Shown here in pieces: positions 1 through 15,270 of a stretch of DNA of 64,000 nt; position 1 is the first letter of the stretch; every line of letters starts with the position of its first letter. The translations under genes and the position numbers were made by a program. The notes under the pieces are model-generated. The model saw nothing but the letters and a program-made list of their open reading frames with translations. It was not told the DNA's origin and searched no databases. Source of the stretch: Eledone cirrhosa (Eukaryota); the NCBI GenBank assembly GCA_964016885.1, contig OZ024742.1, forward strand, positions 179,490,001 to 179,554,000, read 5' to 3'.

Positions 1-631
1 TATTTTATGAATTTTATGAACAGATTAAACTGACAAATAAGTGATGAACAAGCAATAAAGTTGATCCATTAAACAATTTGAAGAAGAATACTATATTTTA
101 TAAACTGTTAAATTGCACACTATATTTTTTTTTTATTACATACATTGTATATGCAATTCTATATTAATTAATCAATGTTAAAGAATCTACCTTGTGCAAG
201 AGTTTTTGAAAATTCTAATATTTTTTAACACGCTCGCAAGTATTTTCCAGTAAAAGTTCATCTGAAAATGGCATGCTCATTTATTTTTTTAACAAAAGTG
301 TACTTTAGTAATATGCCTAATATACATGTCTCAGCCTTTAATGTTCTTTTGCATAAATTGATTTTCCACCTTGGGTCCAGTTTCCCTATTGGACTAAACT
401 GCCCTCCACAATTTCTTTAATCTGTATTTACCCTTGCACACATATCCTCGTGCGTGCTTCTCTACCCCTAGCCAATGGCACCCCTATCTCGTCCGCTGTC
501 ACTCGCGTGCACATTCACCCCATCAGTTTGCTACGGCTCTGTTACGGTCAGAAACACGCCCTGATAGCTTTCTACGGAACAACAAAAAAACTCGAGCAAA
601 CACGCACATGCACACGCACACGAACACACAT

Positions 632-676
<45 letters not shown>

Positions 677-807
677 CACACGCACAAAATAACGCACTTA
701 GACACATACATATCCACTCTAAATAGAGAATGACTTTGAAAGCAGGCAAAAACAATTTGATACACAGGCCTCTACGGCTGACGACGGTATGTTTGTAATT
801 AACATAG

Positions 808-1437
808 TATGCTGCCACACAAACTTGAATTGGAGAAGGGCACAGTCACCAAGATTATGAGTAACCTGAATCAGCGAAGATTCTGCAATGGGATATATAT
901 GCATGGTTATTACTGAACTACAGCCTCACCTTATCGAAGCCAAACATCTCACTGGATGTGGTGAGGGAGACATCGCATCTATACCTAGAATGCCGCTAAT
1001 ACCAACAGATGTCCCCTTTCGTTTCAAATGATTGTAATTCCCAGTGAGAGTCAGTTACATAATTGTTTCTACTTTAGGCACAAGGCCAGCAAATTACCCA
1101 GTGCATTACTGGTACTTTATTTTATCGACCTCGTAAGGATGAAAGGCAAAGTAAACCTCGGCGGGATTTGTAACTCAGAATGGCAAGGGCCGTAACTCTA
1201 TGCGTCAAAGCATGGCGTCCGACTCTCTACCGATACTGCCAATCCACCGCACATAATGACCTTCAACAAGTCCCAAGGTTAAACCCTGTAGATTGTTGGT
1301 CTCCATCTAAAAGAAGGATGTTTCTCCCAAGGTCCATTGTATGTAGCTTATTCCAGACTAGGAAGACCCCACACAACACTCTGCATATATTTTCTAAAGA
1401 AAAAAGTTAAAAACATTGTATATACTGTAGTTCTGTA
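808..1437 (+). mobile_element. Decayed Helitron RepHel C-terminus (PIF1-type helicase), interrupted by a SINE
   Basis: Manual translation gives MLPHKLEL..G....MSNLN....CNG / IPRMPLIPTDVPFRFK*L*FPVRVSY | IMTFNKSQG*TL*IVGLHL..CFSQGPLYVAYSR ... NIVY..VL*. These match Helitron PIF1 helicase motifs, with stops and frameshifts. Confidence 0.85.
1061..1250 (-). mobile_element. tRNA-derived SINE (family A) with target-site duplication acataat
   Basis: The minus strand reads GGTGGATTGGCAGTATCGGTAGAG (A-box-like), then a B-box-like segment, then GCCTTTCATCCTTACGAGGTCGATAAAATAAAGTACCAG. acataat flanks both sides (1057, 1251). Many related copies occur in the window. Confidence 0.85.
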
Positions 1438-1494
1438 AATGTTTTATAAATTTCGTACAATGCATTTTTCTATTATTATTTTCTTTACTTTGGT

Positions 1495-1590
1495 TAACAT
1501 TGCCTTTCATCTTTACGGGGTCGATAAAATAAAGTACCAGTAATACACTGGTTAATTGCTGGCCCTGTGCCTAACGTAGAAACAATTATT
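1495..1590 (+). mobile_element. Partial SINE family A
   Basis: Contains gcctttcatctttacggggtcgataaaataaagtaccag plus the 3' tail. Confidence 0.75.
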
Positions 1591-1639
1591 TTCTTTACTT
1601 TATTATATATCACCTTTTCCGAAAATGGAATATATATAT

Positions 1640-1780
1640 AGTCCAGAATTAGCCGTCGAAACGGCTTGAGCTCAGCCGTCGGGGTCTTACTGATTCCTAT
1701 TACCCACTCTACTACCCTAAGTATTGAGTACTTTGGTGCGTTATGGTCCACCTGGTTCCTTACCACATTTCCTTCGTTAT
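1640..1780. repeat. Dispersed ~140-bp repeat ending in (TA)n, probably a Penelope-like pseudo-LTR fragment
   Basis: Related copies occur at 2621-2705 (inverted), 3085-3203 and 22653-22860. The ORF track shows the same peptide (..RNQxDHNAPxYSILRVVEW..) at 1494, 3059 and 22526. The repeat contains a gtcgaaacgg motif. Confidence 0.65.
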
Positions 1781-1791
1781 ATATATATATA

Positions 1792-1964
1792 TGAATATAG
1801 ACATAGAATATTCGAAAATATTCTGTATGTTTATAATAAACATTTTGAAGACCTAATCGCTATAGAATAGAATACGTCACGTATTCTATTCTATAGCGAT
1901 TAGGTCTTCAAAATGTTTATTATAAACATACAGAATATTTTCGAATATTCTATGTCTATATTCA
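1792..1964. repeat. Perfect palindrome with 86-bp arms and a 1-nt loop (1878)
   Basis: tgaatatagac...aatacgt-c-acgtatt...gtctatattca, read directly from the sequence. Confidence 0.95.
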
Positions 1965-1997
1965 CATATATATCGCTATTTCAGAGCATTTATTCCA

Positions 1998-2036
<39 letters not shown>

Positions 2037-2365
2037 ATAATAATAAATTTGAAGACTAAAATCCAAAGAGGGCACGATAAGGATAAATATATATAAAATA
2101 TATAAGAACTGTAGAGCAAATATTTATTAAAATATCAGATTAAAGTTTAAGCAAAGAATCGCTGCTTTCACCCTTAACGGGATCTTCTGAAAAAAAAAAA
2201 ATATATATATATATATTTTTTATATAATATTAAAGTTAATATTGATAGTTATGTATATACTATACTATAGACAACTATAAACAGGGGTCAGTAATTTATT
2301 ACTACCTTATTACCAGTAAGAGAAATAGCTCAATGTAAGAACATCAGTTGTTTTACAGAGCAGTA

Positions 2366-2478
2366 ATATAGAATACACAAGTATCAAAGTTATGTTTAAA
2401 ACATTTAAACCATTTAAAACATTTAAAACATTTAAAACATTTAAATGTTTTAAACATAACTTTGATACTTGTGTATTC

Positions 2479-2483
<5 letters not shown>
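2366..2483. repeat. Inverted repeat (~44-bp arms) around tandem 9-bp aaaacattt units
   Basis: atagaatacacaagtatcaaagttatgtttaaaacattt ... aaatgttttaaacataactttgatacttgtgtattctat. Confidence 0.9.
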
Positions 2484-2511
<28 letters not shown>

Positions 2512-2544
2512 GTATATATATGTGTATATATATGTATATATATG

Positions 2545-2624
<80 letters not shown>

Positions 2625-2975
2625 AACGAGTAGGACCACGACGGCTGAGCTCAAGCCGTTTCGACGGCTAATTCTGGACTAAATGAACATTTTTATCCTG
2701 GTATATGAATAGCCGAGCTTCTCAGGGGGTAATTCCATATATGGTAAAAGTGATTGTCACAAGGATTGGTCAAAGGTTTGTTGTTGAGACACACAATTCT
2801 ATTATGGCATTTTGTGGAAGAAAGGGGTAGCTGAACTTGCCAGTAGAAGAAAGTGGGGGAGGGAGTGGAGGAAACCCCGTCGTGCGTTGATAGTGCCAGC
2901 TAACGCAGAATCCTAAGGGTAAGAGGTCAAGAGAAGTATACTAGGGAGGGGGAGGGGAGGAAGTCGAAACAATAA

Positions 2976-3044
2976 GTAAATCAATATGGAGTAAATATAT
3001 AGAAGAATATTATTCTTCTATATATTTACTCCATATTGATTTAC
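2976..3044. repeat. Perfect palindrome with 34-bp arms
   Basis: gtaaatcaatatggagtaaatatatagaagaata-t-tattcttctatatatttactccatattgatttac. Confidence 0.95.
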
Positions 3045-3201
3045 CAGGATAAAAATGTTCATGTACCAGGATAACAAATTTCATTTAGTCCAGAATTAGC
3101 CGCCGGGGTCCTACTCGTTCCTATTACCCACTCTACTACCCTAAGTATTGAGTACTTTGGTGCGTTATGGTCTATCTGGTTCCTTACCACATTTCCTTCG
3201 T

Positions 3202-5812
<2,611 letters not shown>

Positions 5813-5941
5813 CTTTATACTCCAAGATTGAACGGAATTCTTACAAACTTGTGGAGTTACCCCTAACCGTACGTTGAAACCATCCATGAAACTGGCTTTC
5901 TTAACCAAAAACTGGATCACAATAAGCAATTTTTTGCTTCT

Positions 5942-5996
<55 letters not shown>

Positions 5997-6004
5997 GCTA
6001 TATC

Positions 6005-6110
6005 GAAAGGTTGTGAGTTCAATTCTCGGACCGGGTGATGTGTTGTTTCCTTGAGCAAGACACTTTATTTCACGTTGCTCCAGTTTACTCAGCTGTAGAA
6101 ATGAGTACCG
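6005..6110 (+). mobile_element. tRNA-derived SINE (family B)
   Basis: B-box gagttcaattc followed by ccttgagcaagacactttatttcacgttgctccagt. Related copies lie near 15760, 27958, 30995 and 48258. Confidence 0.7.
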
Positions 6111-6226
6111 GCCTGTCCGCCCAGCCAGTGGGATGGCGTTATCTTATGGCTAAAACAGCACGCCGATTGGCGCCCGACAGACTGGTCGGTCAAGTTGATC
6201 AAGGTGATCAAGGTGATATATATATA

Positions 6227-7172
6227 CTAGCAGCCGTACCCAGCGTTGCCTGGGTAGGAAAATAATATCTACTTTGATGAAAAGGTGTTGATCTTAGCGA
6301 CTGCTTCTCGATGACTCATCTATGGCCACACACAGGCCATGCGGGGGAGGGTGGTGATGACCTCTATCACTGAGAAACGCGGGTGACTTCCGAAGGGGCA
6401 TGCTGGGGGAGGGAGGTAATGACCTCTAACACTAAGCCAAATTTCCTCACGCTACTTGATTGGAAACCGATGAATTCTCAAATACACAACTAAAAGCTCA
6501 GACAACGTCAGTGGTCATCGTTTTGCCTTTGACCATCTATAAGATGTGCAATGATAGGTTCTATCGTAGTATAAAAGTTGAACCAAATAAATTGATTTAT
6601 GTGTGAGCTGGAACCGAAGTTTCGAATTTGAACGAAATCGGTTGAAAATTGTGGGAGTTAGAGCCGAAAAGGCGGAAATTTGAGCGAAAAGGTGGTATTT
6701 TCGAATATTTAAGCGGCTGCCACGCCGTTCCTGAACAAAAAATCCAAAATGTAAAGCCACTTTAAGATGTGAAATAATCAGATCTAGCGTAGTGTAAAAT
6801 TTGAACAAAGTAGGTTGATTAATGTGGGAGCTAGAGCCGAAAAAGTGGTATTTGAGTCTAAAAGTGGTATTTTTGAATATTTAAGCGGCTGCCACGCCGT
6901 CCTTGAACAACAAATGCAAAATATCCATTGCAGGATGTGCAATGATAAATTCTATTTTGTTTTAAAATTTGAACCCATTCGGTCGCAAAATGTGGGAGCT
7001 AGAGCCAAAATTCTTATAAAAAAAACGATATGCTGATATATAGAAAACACTCCCCGATGATAATCTATGAGCCTGTAAAGTTTCATGAAAATCGGTCGTA
7101 AGATGTAGGCCCCTGTAGGTAATACACAGATGCACAGACACACACATATATTTAATTTTATATATATACAGA
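6227..7172 (-). mobile_element. Non-autonomous Helitron
   Basis: The minus strand starts TC (TCTGTATATATATAAAATT) and ends with the hairpin cccaggcaacgctggg followed by CTAG. It is inserted between A and T and has internal subrepeats (gtgggag(t/c)tagagcc x3). Confidence 0.75.
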
Positions 7173-7268
7173 TAATCAAAATTAAATTAAGGATGTCATG
7201 TCTGAGAAATATGCGCCATAGCCTCTGTAGAATATGCTCAAAGATTCCAATGAATAGATCCGAGCATT

Positions 7269-7631
7269 TATATCAACTAGAAATCGATTGACATATATGT
7301 ATATATATATATAATAAACATATGAAACAATCACAGGGGATAATTTGTAAAGAGTGTAAGCCAACATAGGTAGGTAACTAATTGAAGTTTAACGAGAACT
7401 TTAAATATAGATACCTTTTAAAAATGATTAATCTCCTTTGTATATATTTTTTTATTTAATGAAATATATACAAAGGAGATTAATCATTTTTAAAAGGTAT
7501 CTCTATTTGAAGTTCTCGTTAAACTTTAATTAGTTAACTACCTATGTTGGCTTACACTCTTACAAATTATCCCCTGTGATTGTTTCATATGTTTATTTTA
7601 TATATATGTCAATCGATTTCTAGTTGATATA
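7269..7631. repeat. Long inverted repeat, ~175-bp arms with a few mismatches
   Basis: tatatcaactagaaatcgattgac...ctcctttgtatata / tatatacaaaggag...gtcaatcgatttctagttgatata. Confidence 0.92.
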
Positions 7632-7688
7632 TATATATATATATATATAAGAGGGTGTTAAAGTTTGCTTGAAGCATTGTGAAATATG

Positions 7689-8313
7689 TAAAATATGTAG
7701 TTTAGAAAGCCACAACAATGCAGATGGGAAATCTCGAGGTAGGAAGTGAGTGAGAAATAGGAGAAAAGTGAAAATTGAGAGAAACGAAAAAGGAAAACAA
7801 AACAAAGGTAGAAGGGTTACCGTAGTGGAGATTTAATCCCAATATTTCGGGCTCACGCCCATCAACGGGGGAAAGTTCCAAAAGGGGGGGAACAGGCTAA
7901 GCCGGAGAAAGTTGTATTGTCGTTAAAACATAGGAATGCCGTCATTCCTATGTTTTAACGACAATACAACATAGGAATGCCGTCATTCCTATGTTTTAAC
8001 GACAATACAACATAGGAATGCCGGCATTCCTATGTTTTAACGACAATACAACATAGGAATGCCGGCATTCCTATGTTTTAACGACAATACAACTTTCTCC
8101 GGCTTAGCCTGTTCCCCCCCTTTTGGAACTTTCCCTCGTTGATGGGCGTGAGCCCGAAATATTGGGATGAAATCTCCACTACGGTAACCCTTCTACCTTT
8201 GTTTTGTTTTCCTTTTTCGTTTCTCTCAATTTTCACTTTTCTCCTATTTCTCACTCACTTCCTACCTCGAGATTTTCCATCTGCATTGTTGTGGCTTTCT
8301 AAACTACATATTT

Positions 8314-8315
<2 letters not shown>
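7689..8315. repeat. Fold-back of a Penelope pseudo-LTR (~240-bp arms) with 4 x 41-bp hairpin-containing tandem units at the centre (7930-8093)
   Basis: The arms are near-exact reverse complements. The arm sequence (acaatgcagatggg..agggttacc..atatttcgg) resembles the 3' end of the Penelope element at 18433-18860. Confidence 0.88.
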
Positions 8316-8377
<62 letters not shown>

Positions 8378-8379
<2 letters not shown>

Positions 8380-8736
8380 GTTATACTTTGGGAGGGTGAT
8401 GTTGCCAATAAAAACACGAAACTGTTCGTTTTCACTTCAATTTATTATAAATTTCTGGTTGGCTGGTTGGTTGGTTCAATAACTGGATGGTTGTTTATAT
8501 ATTGTCAAAGCTCTTAAGATAGAGTAGGACAGAACAAAGGAGAGACACAAAATAAAAACCCAGCCACTGAGGAGGTCACAGCATGTGAGACGAAAGATCT
8601 TTGACAATATATAAATAACCATCCATTTATTGAACCAATCAACCAGCCAGCCAACTGGAAATTTATAATAAATTGAAGTGAAAATCAACAGGTGCGTGTG
8701 TTTTTATTGCAACATGACCCTCCCAAAGTATAACAA
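8378..8736. repeat. MITE-like or fold-back element with ~140-bp imperfect terminal inverted repeats
   Basis: ttgttatactttgggagggt...ttgtcaaag / ctttgacaa...accctcccaaagtataacaa. Confidence 0.8.
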
Positions 8737-9242
8737 TAACTGTTTCAACACACGTTTTCAGATAAGAAATCTCGCAAAACAAATTCAAAACCTATATATA
8801 TGACTAGCCTCTGTGTCACGTGATTGATTCTTTAGAATCGGCCATATGATCAGTGGCAGTGAGAATTTTCAGTAGCTGGAATCCAGTCCTCGATAGCTGT
8901 TCCATTTACCGAATTATTATTATTTTTATATGAGTCCCCAGTGTCCGCGCATTGCCTGGAGACTTGGCTGAGAATGACCTCCCTGATGACGCAATGAAAT
9001 TCTCAACAGTTCATTACGTAACTGTCTTTATCCCATTGCAGAAACTAATTAGTTGGAGTGAAAATTTAAGTAAGTAAGTTAATTTTTTTTAATTTAAAAA
9101 AAAAAACTTTCTTATTTTACGTCTTTTATATTATTGTTCTGCATTCTCCTGCATTGAACCACCTAGGTACTATGACATAACCTGTGTATTTGCTGGCATT
9201 AGCGTACATCTGTGCGCTTATGTTAGTAGATATATTAAATTA

Positions 9243-9276
<34 letters not shown>

Positions 9277-9919
9277 ATACATCTTTTATCTACATATATA
9301 TAAAAGATGTATTTATAAGTCTCTCTCTCTCTAATTGTTTACACACACACACGCAGACACTGACATACACACACACACACACACATATATATATACACAC
9401 ACACACATATATATGTATATGTTACACTCTTTCCTGCGTTTGAGATATATATGTGTATATATGTGTGTGTGTGTAAGCAATTAGAGAGAGAGAGAGAGGG
9501 GGGGGGGGCAAGAGAGACTTATAAATACATGTATATGTGTGTTTGTATATATGTAATGTGTACGTACTTTTTCGTGTATGAGTATATATATCAGTGTATA
9601 TGTATGTGCAAATGGTAGTCAAATATAAAGTTTCTTCGTCCAGAATTATCCGAGTGATAATTCACTAGAACTAATCTCACAATCGACGTTAGTGAGTTAA
9701 TAAGAGTTGTGTCCCTTTAAATCTGTATTCATTATATAAGTCACGTTATTGAGTTTTAATTTTTTGCTTGGCGTTATTGAGTTACCTCCCTTCAGCCTAA
9801 TTGAATAATTGCAATAATGTAGTTGTTTGCTTAAGTGAAGCTGTGATATGGCTTTTGTTAGGTTTAACAAGCTTATAAACCAGGCCATTTGCGGTCATGT
9901 TGACACCAGAGTGTGGTTG

Positions 9920-10510
9920 TGACTGGTTATTATGGTGTGTTGTTATATCGTTGTTGGTGATAGTGCTGATGATGGTGATTGTGGTATTTGTGGCGTTGAT
10001 GGTGGAGATCGTGGTGGTGGTGGTTGTGGTAATGGTGGTGGTTGGGGTAATGGTGGTGGTTGTGGTAATGGTGGTGAGTGTTGTGTTCATGGTATTGATG
10101 GTGGGAATTGTGGTGTTGGTGGTGGTGTTGTGGTGTTGATAGTGGCGATTGTGGTGTTTGTGTTGTTTGTGTTGGTGGGGGTGGGGGTGATCATGCTGTG
10201 ATCATGCTGTTTCTGGTGGTGGTGGTGGCGTTGGTGGTGGTGGTGGTGGTGGTGGTTGGTTGTGGTAGTGGTGTTGCTGGTGGTAGTGTTAGATGGTGGT
10301 AATGGTGGTGATGGTGGTGGTGGTGGTGGTGGTGGTGGTAGTGATTGTGTTGATCGTGGTGTTTCTGATGATAATGGTAAGGATTGTGGTCTTTGTGGTG
10401 GTGATGGCAGTAATGGTGATGTTGGTGGTGATTGTGGTGTTGTTGGTTATGGGGATGGTGGGGATGTTATTGGTCTTGTTGGTGATCGTGTTGATAGTAT
10501 TGTTGTTGAT
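9920..10510. repeat. Degenerate (GGT/GAT/GTT)n trinucleotide low-complexity tract
   Basis: Seen directly. It produces spurious poly-V, poly-G and poly-T ORFs. Confidence 0.9.
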
Positions 10511-10599
10511 CCTTATCGTGGACTTTTACACACTGAAGGCCTTTAATTTCAGGAAGTAATTCACTAGGACTAGCGACCAAAAGTTGCTTCTGTTCCACG

Positions 10600-12110
10600 A
10601 CCACCCACCTCCATTGGATGAAAACGAAAGGGAACTGCTGGCTGACAACATCAATGGGGACCTACCATGGGGCTAAGGTGACTGATTTTGTCGGTTTATT
10701 CATTCTTGGCACTCTAAAAAAAAGAACACCTCGCCACAGTTCGGCCCTGTATAAAGATAAACATGATGGCCTAACTATCTCAGGCCATATTAAGGACCCC
10801 GTCATACAATAACTTCAGGAAAGATCTAATAACGGTCTTCAAAGTGTTTAGCTTAAACATCATTCTGGACTGCAAAACAGGTAAGTACTATCGCTATAGG
10901 CATCTTAATGACCAAACAGTGTGTATACATAGGAACCACAATCATCCCAGTCTTTAGTCAGAAAACTAGAGAACGGGATTAGCAAAAGAATCTCTAGCTT
11001 ATAGTCTGACAGAGATGTCTTCAACAGGGCTCTACCTCATTTCAACGAAAAGGGACTTTAACTAGAAACTAGCGTAGATAGAAAAATACCACCTACATAA
11101 AGAATGTTAGAAAGAGAAATATATTGTTTAATCTAGATGAATCACTTAATATAACTAAGAACACCTTGTTTCTAATTAGTTGATACTTCTCATATAACTA
11201 TATATACCATAAGCTCTTCATCTTACATAAGGTTATTAGTTACTCCTGTCTAGATAAAATCGATTCCCATACTATACGTTATAACAGAAAGAGCCCACAC
11301 ACACATTGGCATGTAACTGCGGAAACCATACCAATTGTTTCTGGCTAAATCCCGCTTCTCAAAAGCTTTCGTCTACAAAGTCAACCTCACGCCACCAAAT
11401 GACATCCAAACGAACTCTACGAGCCAAACAGCCAATGAGCTCAAGGGTATATTTACTCAGCAGAAACACTCCTTTAGGTACAAGAACAGGTAAAATTCCA
11501 CCTAACTGACCCGTTTCAGCTTGAAGCACCGTAAGTATTTGATAGAGCATCCTGGACAGCGCATTCTATACCGCTCGAGAGCCGCAATTATGAACTTTGC
11601 CACCTTAAGAAGCTGCACATACTGCAACGGCTCTCACACTCAAACCAGCCTTTACACCATAAAGATCCCTACATTTTCCCGTCACTAACGTCAGACCTAA
11701 CGTCACATACTGTACATCAAATAAATGAACATGAAAACCTACACTGACACCCAGGTGACTCTGGGTACATTTATTGTCGCTTAGGTTCTAACCAAAATTA
11801 ATGGCGCCTTCAAGTCGTCTACATCATACCGCATGCGTTTTTGTTTTGTTGTGGCTGATTCAACGCAACTACGACATCTGAACGAAATATTGGAGGCCCT
11901 TAATAAAGTATACCTAAAGTGTAATCTCCATTTTCTTTATCAATTATTTACATCTGAAGAAGCTACACCTGATTATGTCCATAAAACCCCTGGTAATATT
12001 TAAGTAAATAAGTCAAACTGTTCATATAAATTTTCGCAGCTTCCACAGTATGTGTTGATTGCTCTTTTCTTTTGTTAGTACACACACTCTCACACACTAT
12101 TTAATAGAAA
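10600..12110 (+). mobile_element. Heavily decayed Penelope-like element (Naiad-type)
   Basis: SMGTYHGAKVTDFVGLFIL..ALYKD..DGL (RT), ACNCGNHTNC linker, a later CxxC, and a ctgaaga hammerhead-like core near 11954. Confidence 0.7.
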
Positions 12111-12169
12111 CTTAGATGCTACATCGAATGTTTGTACTATAGAAAAAAAATTCTAAATTCTAATATATG

Positions 12170-12241
<72 letters not shown>

Positions 12242-12385
12242 GGGTTCAATCGGGAGTAACCACAGTAAGTAAGTAAGGTACTCAATACATAGCAGAGTAT
12301 AAATATTATATATATATATATGTGTGTGTGTGTGGGGGGGGCGTGCATGTGCATTCGAGTGTGTGCGTGTGTATCTGGGCACGTG

Positions 12386-12896
12386 TGTAGCGAAATCTGC
12401 CCACACCTTGACCCCTGGGCGACATTTAACGGTCATTTTCTGGCTTACCTCCTTTTTAGCATAAACAAGTCTATGAGTGGGTGATCTCTCGAGGTCACCC
12501 CTTGGTTCTCAAGGCAGGGGACAGAGGAAGCGACAGATATAAATAGCCTGTATTAGATCAAGCAAAGAAAGCATTTTGGAGCAGTCTCTAATAGAGTAAT
12601 GATGTAAAACATTTGCTTTCTACAGGCCCTCTGGGGTCTATATACTCTTACTCTCTCTCCTGATCTTACATACTCTTACTTTCTCTTACTCTCTCTCTTT
12701 CACTCAATCTCTATCTCTTGGTCTCTCTCTTAACCAAGACAGTGAAGTTCGTGAAGTTTTCTTGGTAAATACAATTTAATTCTACTTTTACAAACAAACA
12801 AATAACGTACATAATTCCTGTGTATTTTTAGTATAACTACGGTGTGAGTTATTTTCAATAAATTAATAATATAGCGGTTTGGTGTCATTATGGTTC
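12386..12896 (+). mobile_element. Possible solo LTR
   Basis: Begins TGTAGCG, has an internal TATAAATA (~12538) and AATAAA (~12857). There is no second copy and no clear TSD. Confidence 0.3.
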
Positions 12897-12907
12897 ATTT
12901 ATATATA

Positions 12908-13388
12908 CTAGCAGAAAAGCCACCCTCGGGCGGTTTACTGCTAGCATGTGTAGTGTGTATATTGATATTATACGCAAGTATATATACATGTATATATGAT
13001 ACGTCAAATAAGATCGTAATTGACAATATACACAGAAATTGAAGAGAGTTTTGTTACACTGTCTTATGTAATCAATAAAGTAATCCATGATACATTAAAC
13101 AAAAAGATGATATTATATATAAACTGCATTAGGAGAAAATTAGTGACAGAAAAATAATATGTTTATTTAAGCGATCGCCACCGGAAGTGTTGACATTTGA
13201 AAATTTTAAAGAAGTGAATCTTTAAATTAATAATAAAATATATTTAATGAACAGCCACGATATTTAGTAGATAAATTATGTAATATTCATTCATTATTTA
13301 TTCAAAGTAATCCAAATTATTTTTCTAATGGAATAAAAAATTATAAACCGTACGCAGTCCCGCGTTTCTTACTTTATTATAGTTTAGA
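12908..13388 (-). mobile_element. Probable non-autonomous Helitron
   Basis: The minus strand begins TCTAAACTATAATAAAG and ends in a GC-rich hairpin plus CTAG, in an A|T context. Confidence 0.55.
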
Positions 13389-13919
13389 TTTATTTTCTGC
13401 GTGATCAAGGAACTATCATATCATCTTATTGACCATTTACTCACTTAACTGCACAAATGCAACCTCTGGTTACACTGTAGCACACGACAGTGACCGCACG
13501 ACACGGCAAGCTACAATTGAGCACGCACGCAACAAATGAATTAACACCTCAACACAATCAACTCACCACCTCGACCAAACAAATAATCGCTATATATATA
13601 TATACAGAAAATATCACTACTAATATACGCAAGTGAACAAACAAATTAAAATGCGCCAATGACTGTATGCGCATATAGAAAAATATGTGTCTATATACAA
13701 TAATGTGCGTGTTTATATATAAACGCTTTTAGACTTTTCTGGTTGATGAGGTAAGATATAGGATTGTTTTCTAAACAAAATATCTGACATCAAGAGTTAA
13801 TGTGTCAAATATTTTAGCGTTAGAACCAATGTCATATTACATAAATCAACTGATTTTTTTACCAAAACAAATTTATTACCAAAAAGGTGGGAGAACTTTG
13901 TATTTTCACACATGCACGT

Positions 13920-13920
13920 A

Positions 13921-13953
<33 letters not shown>

Positions 13954-14158
13954 CATACACATGCATATACACCCATACTTATATATCTATACATATTTAT
14001 ATACATGCATATATAAATGCATACATACATATACACACATATAAATACATACACATACGTACATACATACATACATACATACATACATACATACATACAT
14101 ACATGAATATATATATATGCATAATGAGGTGTCGGTAAACAACCAACATATACTCAAA

Positions 14159-14204
<46 letters not shown>

Positions 14205-14999
14205 GCATATATGTTTACAAACACATACATACATATATACAAACACATACATACATATGACATACAAATGCACACATAAATACAGTTATACATGCATGAA
14301 CACATACATATATGCATACATACAGACAGAAAAATATGAGACACACGTACACACATACACGCATACAAACACATACGTTTACGCATATATATATATATAC
14401 ATACACATATATACGCACATACTTATGTACATACTACATACGCATACATCCATCCATACATCCATCCATCCATACATACATACATACATACATACATACA
14501 TACATACATACATACATACATACATACATACATACACACTGTAAGTTAGTATGAAATTCACATACATCCCAACAGAAAAAATCCTTTCAAGATTATAAAG
14601 TCTCTAAGGGACTAGAGTCATGCTGTGTGGAGTGGCATGATTGGAATGTAAATAAGTGAAATAACATTTTTCAGTTATATTCTCTCATACTTTAGTATGT
14701 TCTGTCATGTTTGGGGATTTTTGCTTTTCATTTGCAATGTACTCACTTCTTACGCCGCCAATTGATTCTCAAACTCAATATTAGACAAAAGCCGTCCGTT
14801 AAATATTCTTATATAAAAATGCATATTCACGCACACACATACACACACCATACACATGCATACACACCCATACTTATATAGCCATACATATTTATATGCA
14901 TACATATATAAATACATATATACATATACACACATATAAATACATACATACATATACATACATATATACATACATACATATACATACATATATACATAC

Positions 15000-15032
<33 letters not shown>

Positions 15033-15050
15033 GACATACACACACACACG

Positions 15051-15082
<32 letters not shown>
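13920..15082. repeat. Compound (CA)n/(TA)n/(CATA)n microsatellite field
   Basis: Seen directly. Confidence 0.9.
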
Positions 15083-15084
<2 letters not shown>

Positions 15085-15270
15085 ATTGTTTCTACTTTTG
15101 GCACAAGGCCAACAATTACCCCAGTGCATTACTGGTACTTTATTTTGTCGACCCCGTAAGGATGAAAGGCAAAGTTAACCTCGGCGGAATTTGAACTTAG
15201 ACCGTAAAGGGACGTAACTCTATGCTACAAAGCATGGCATCCGACCGTCTACCGATGCTGCTAATCCACC
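15083..15270 (-). mobile_element. SINE family A, full length
   Basis: Closely matches 1061-1250. Confidence 0.85.

Noticed and set aside
170-400. Possible additional Helitron Rep fragment (VHL.NG..IYF-like)
   Set aside because: Too degenerate to support by eye. It needs tblastx.
7930-8093. Palindromic 41-bp direct repeats resembling a CRISPR array
   Set aside because: The units are contiguous with no spacers and derive from the tip of a fold-back.
9797-10559. Poly-Val, poly-Gly and poly-Thr ORFs (also 16293-16683)
   Set aside because: Translation of degenerate GGT/GAT trinucleotide repeats.
13887-15129. YI/HT/CV-repeat ORFs here and throughout the window
   Set aside because: Dinucleotide and tetranucleotide microsatellite artefacts.
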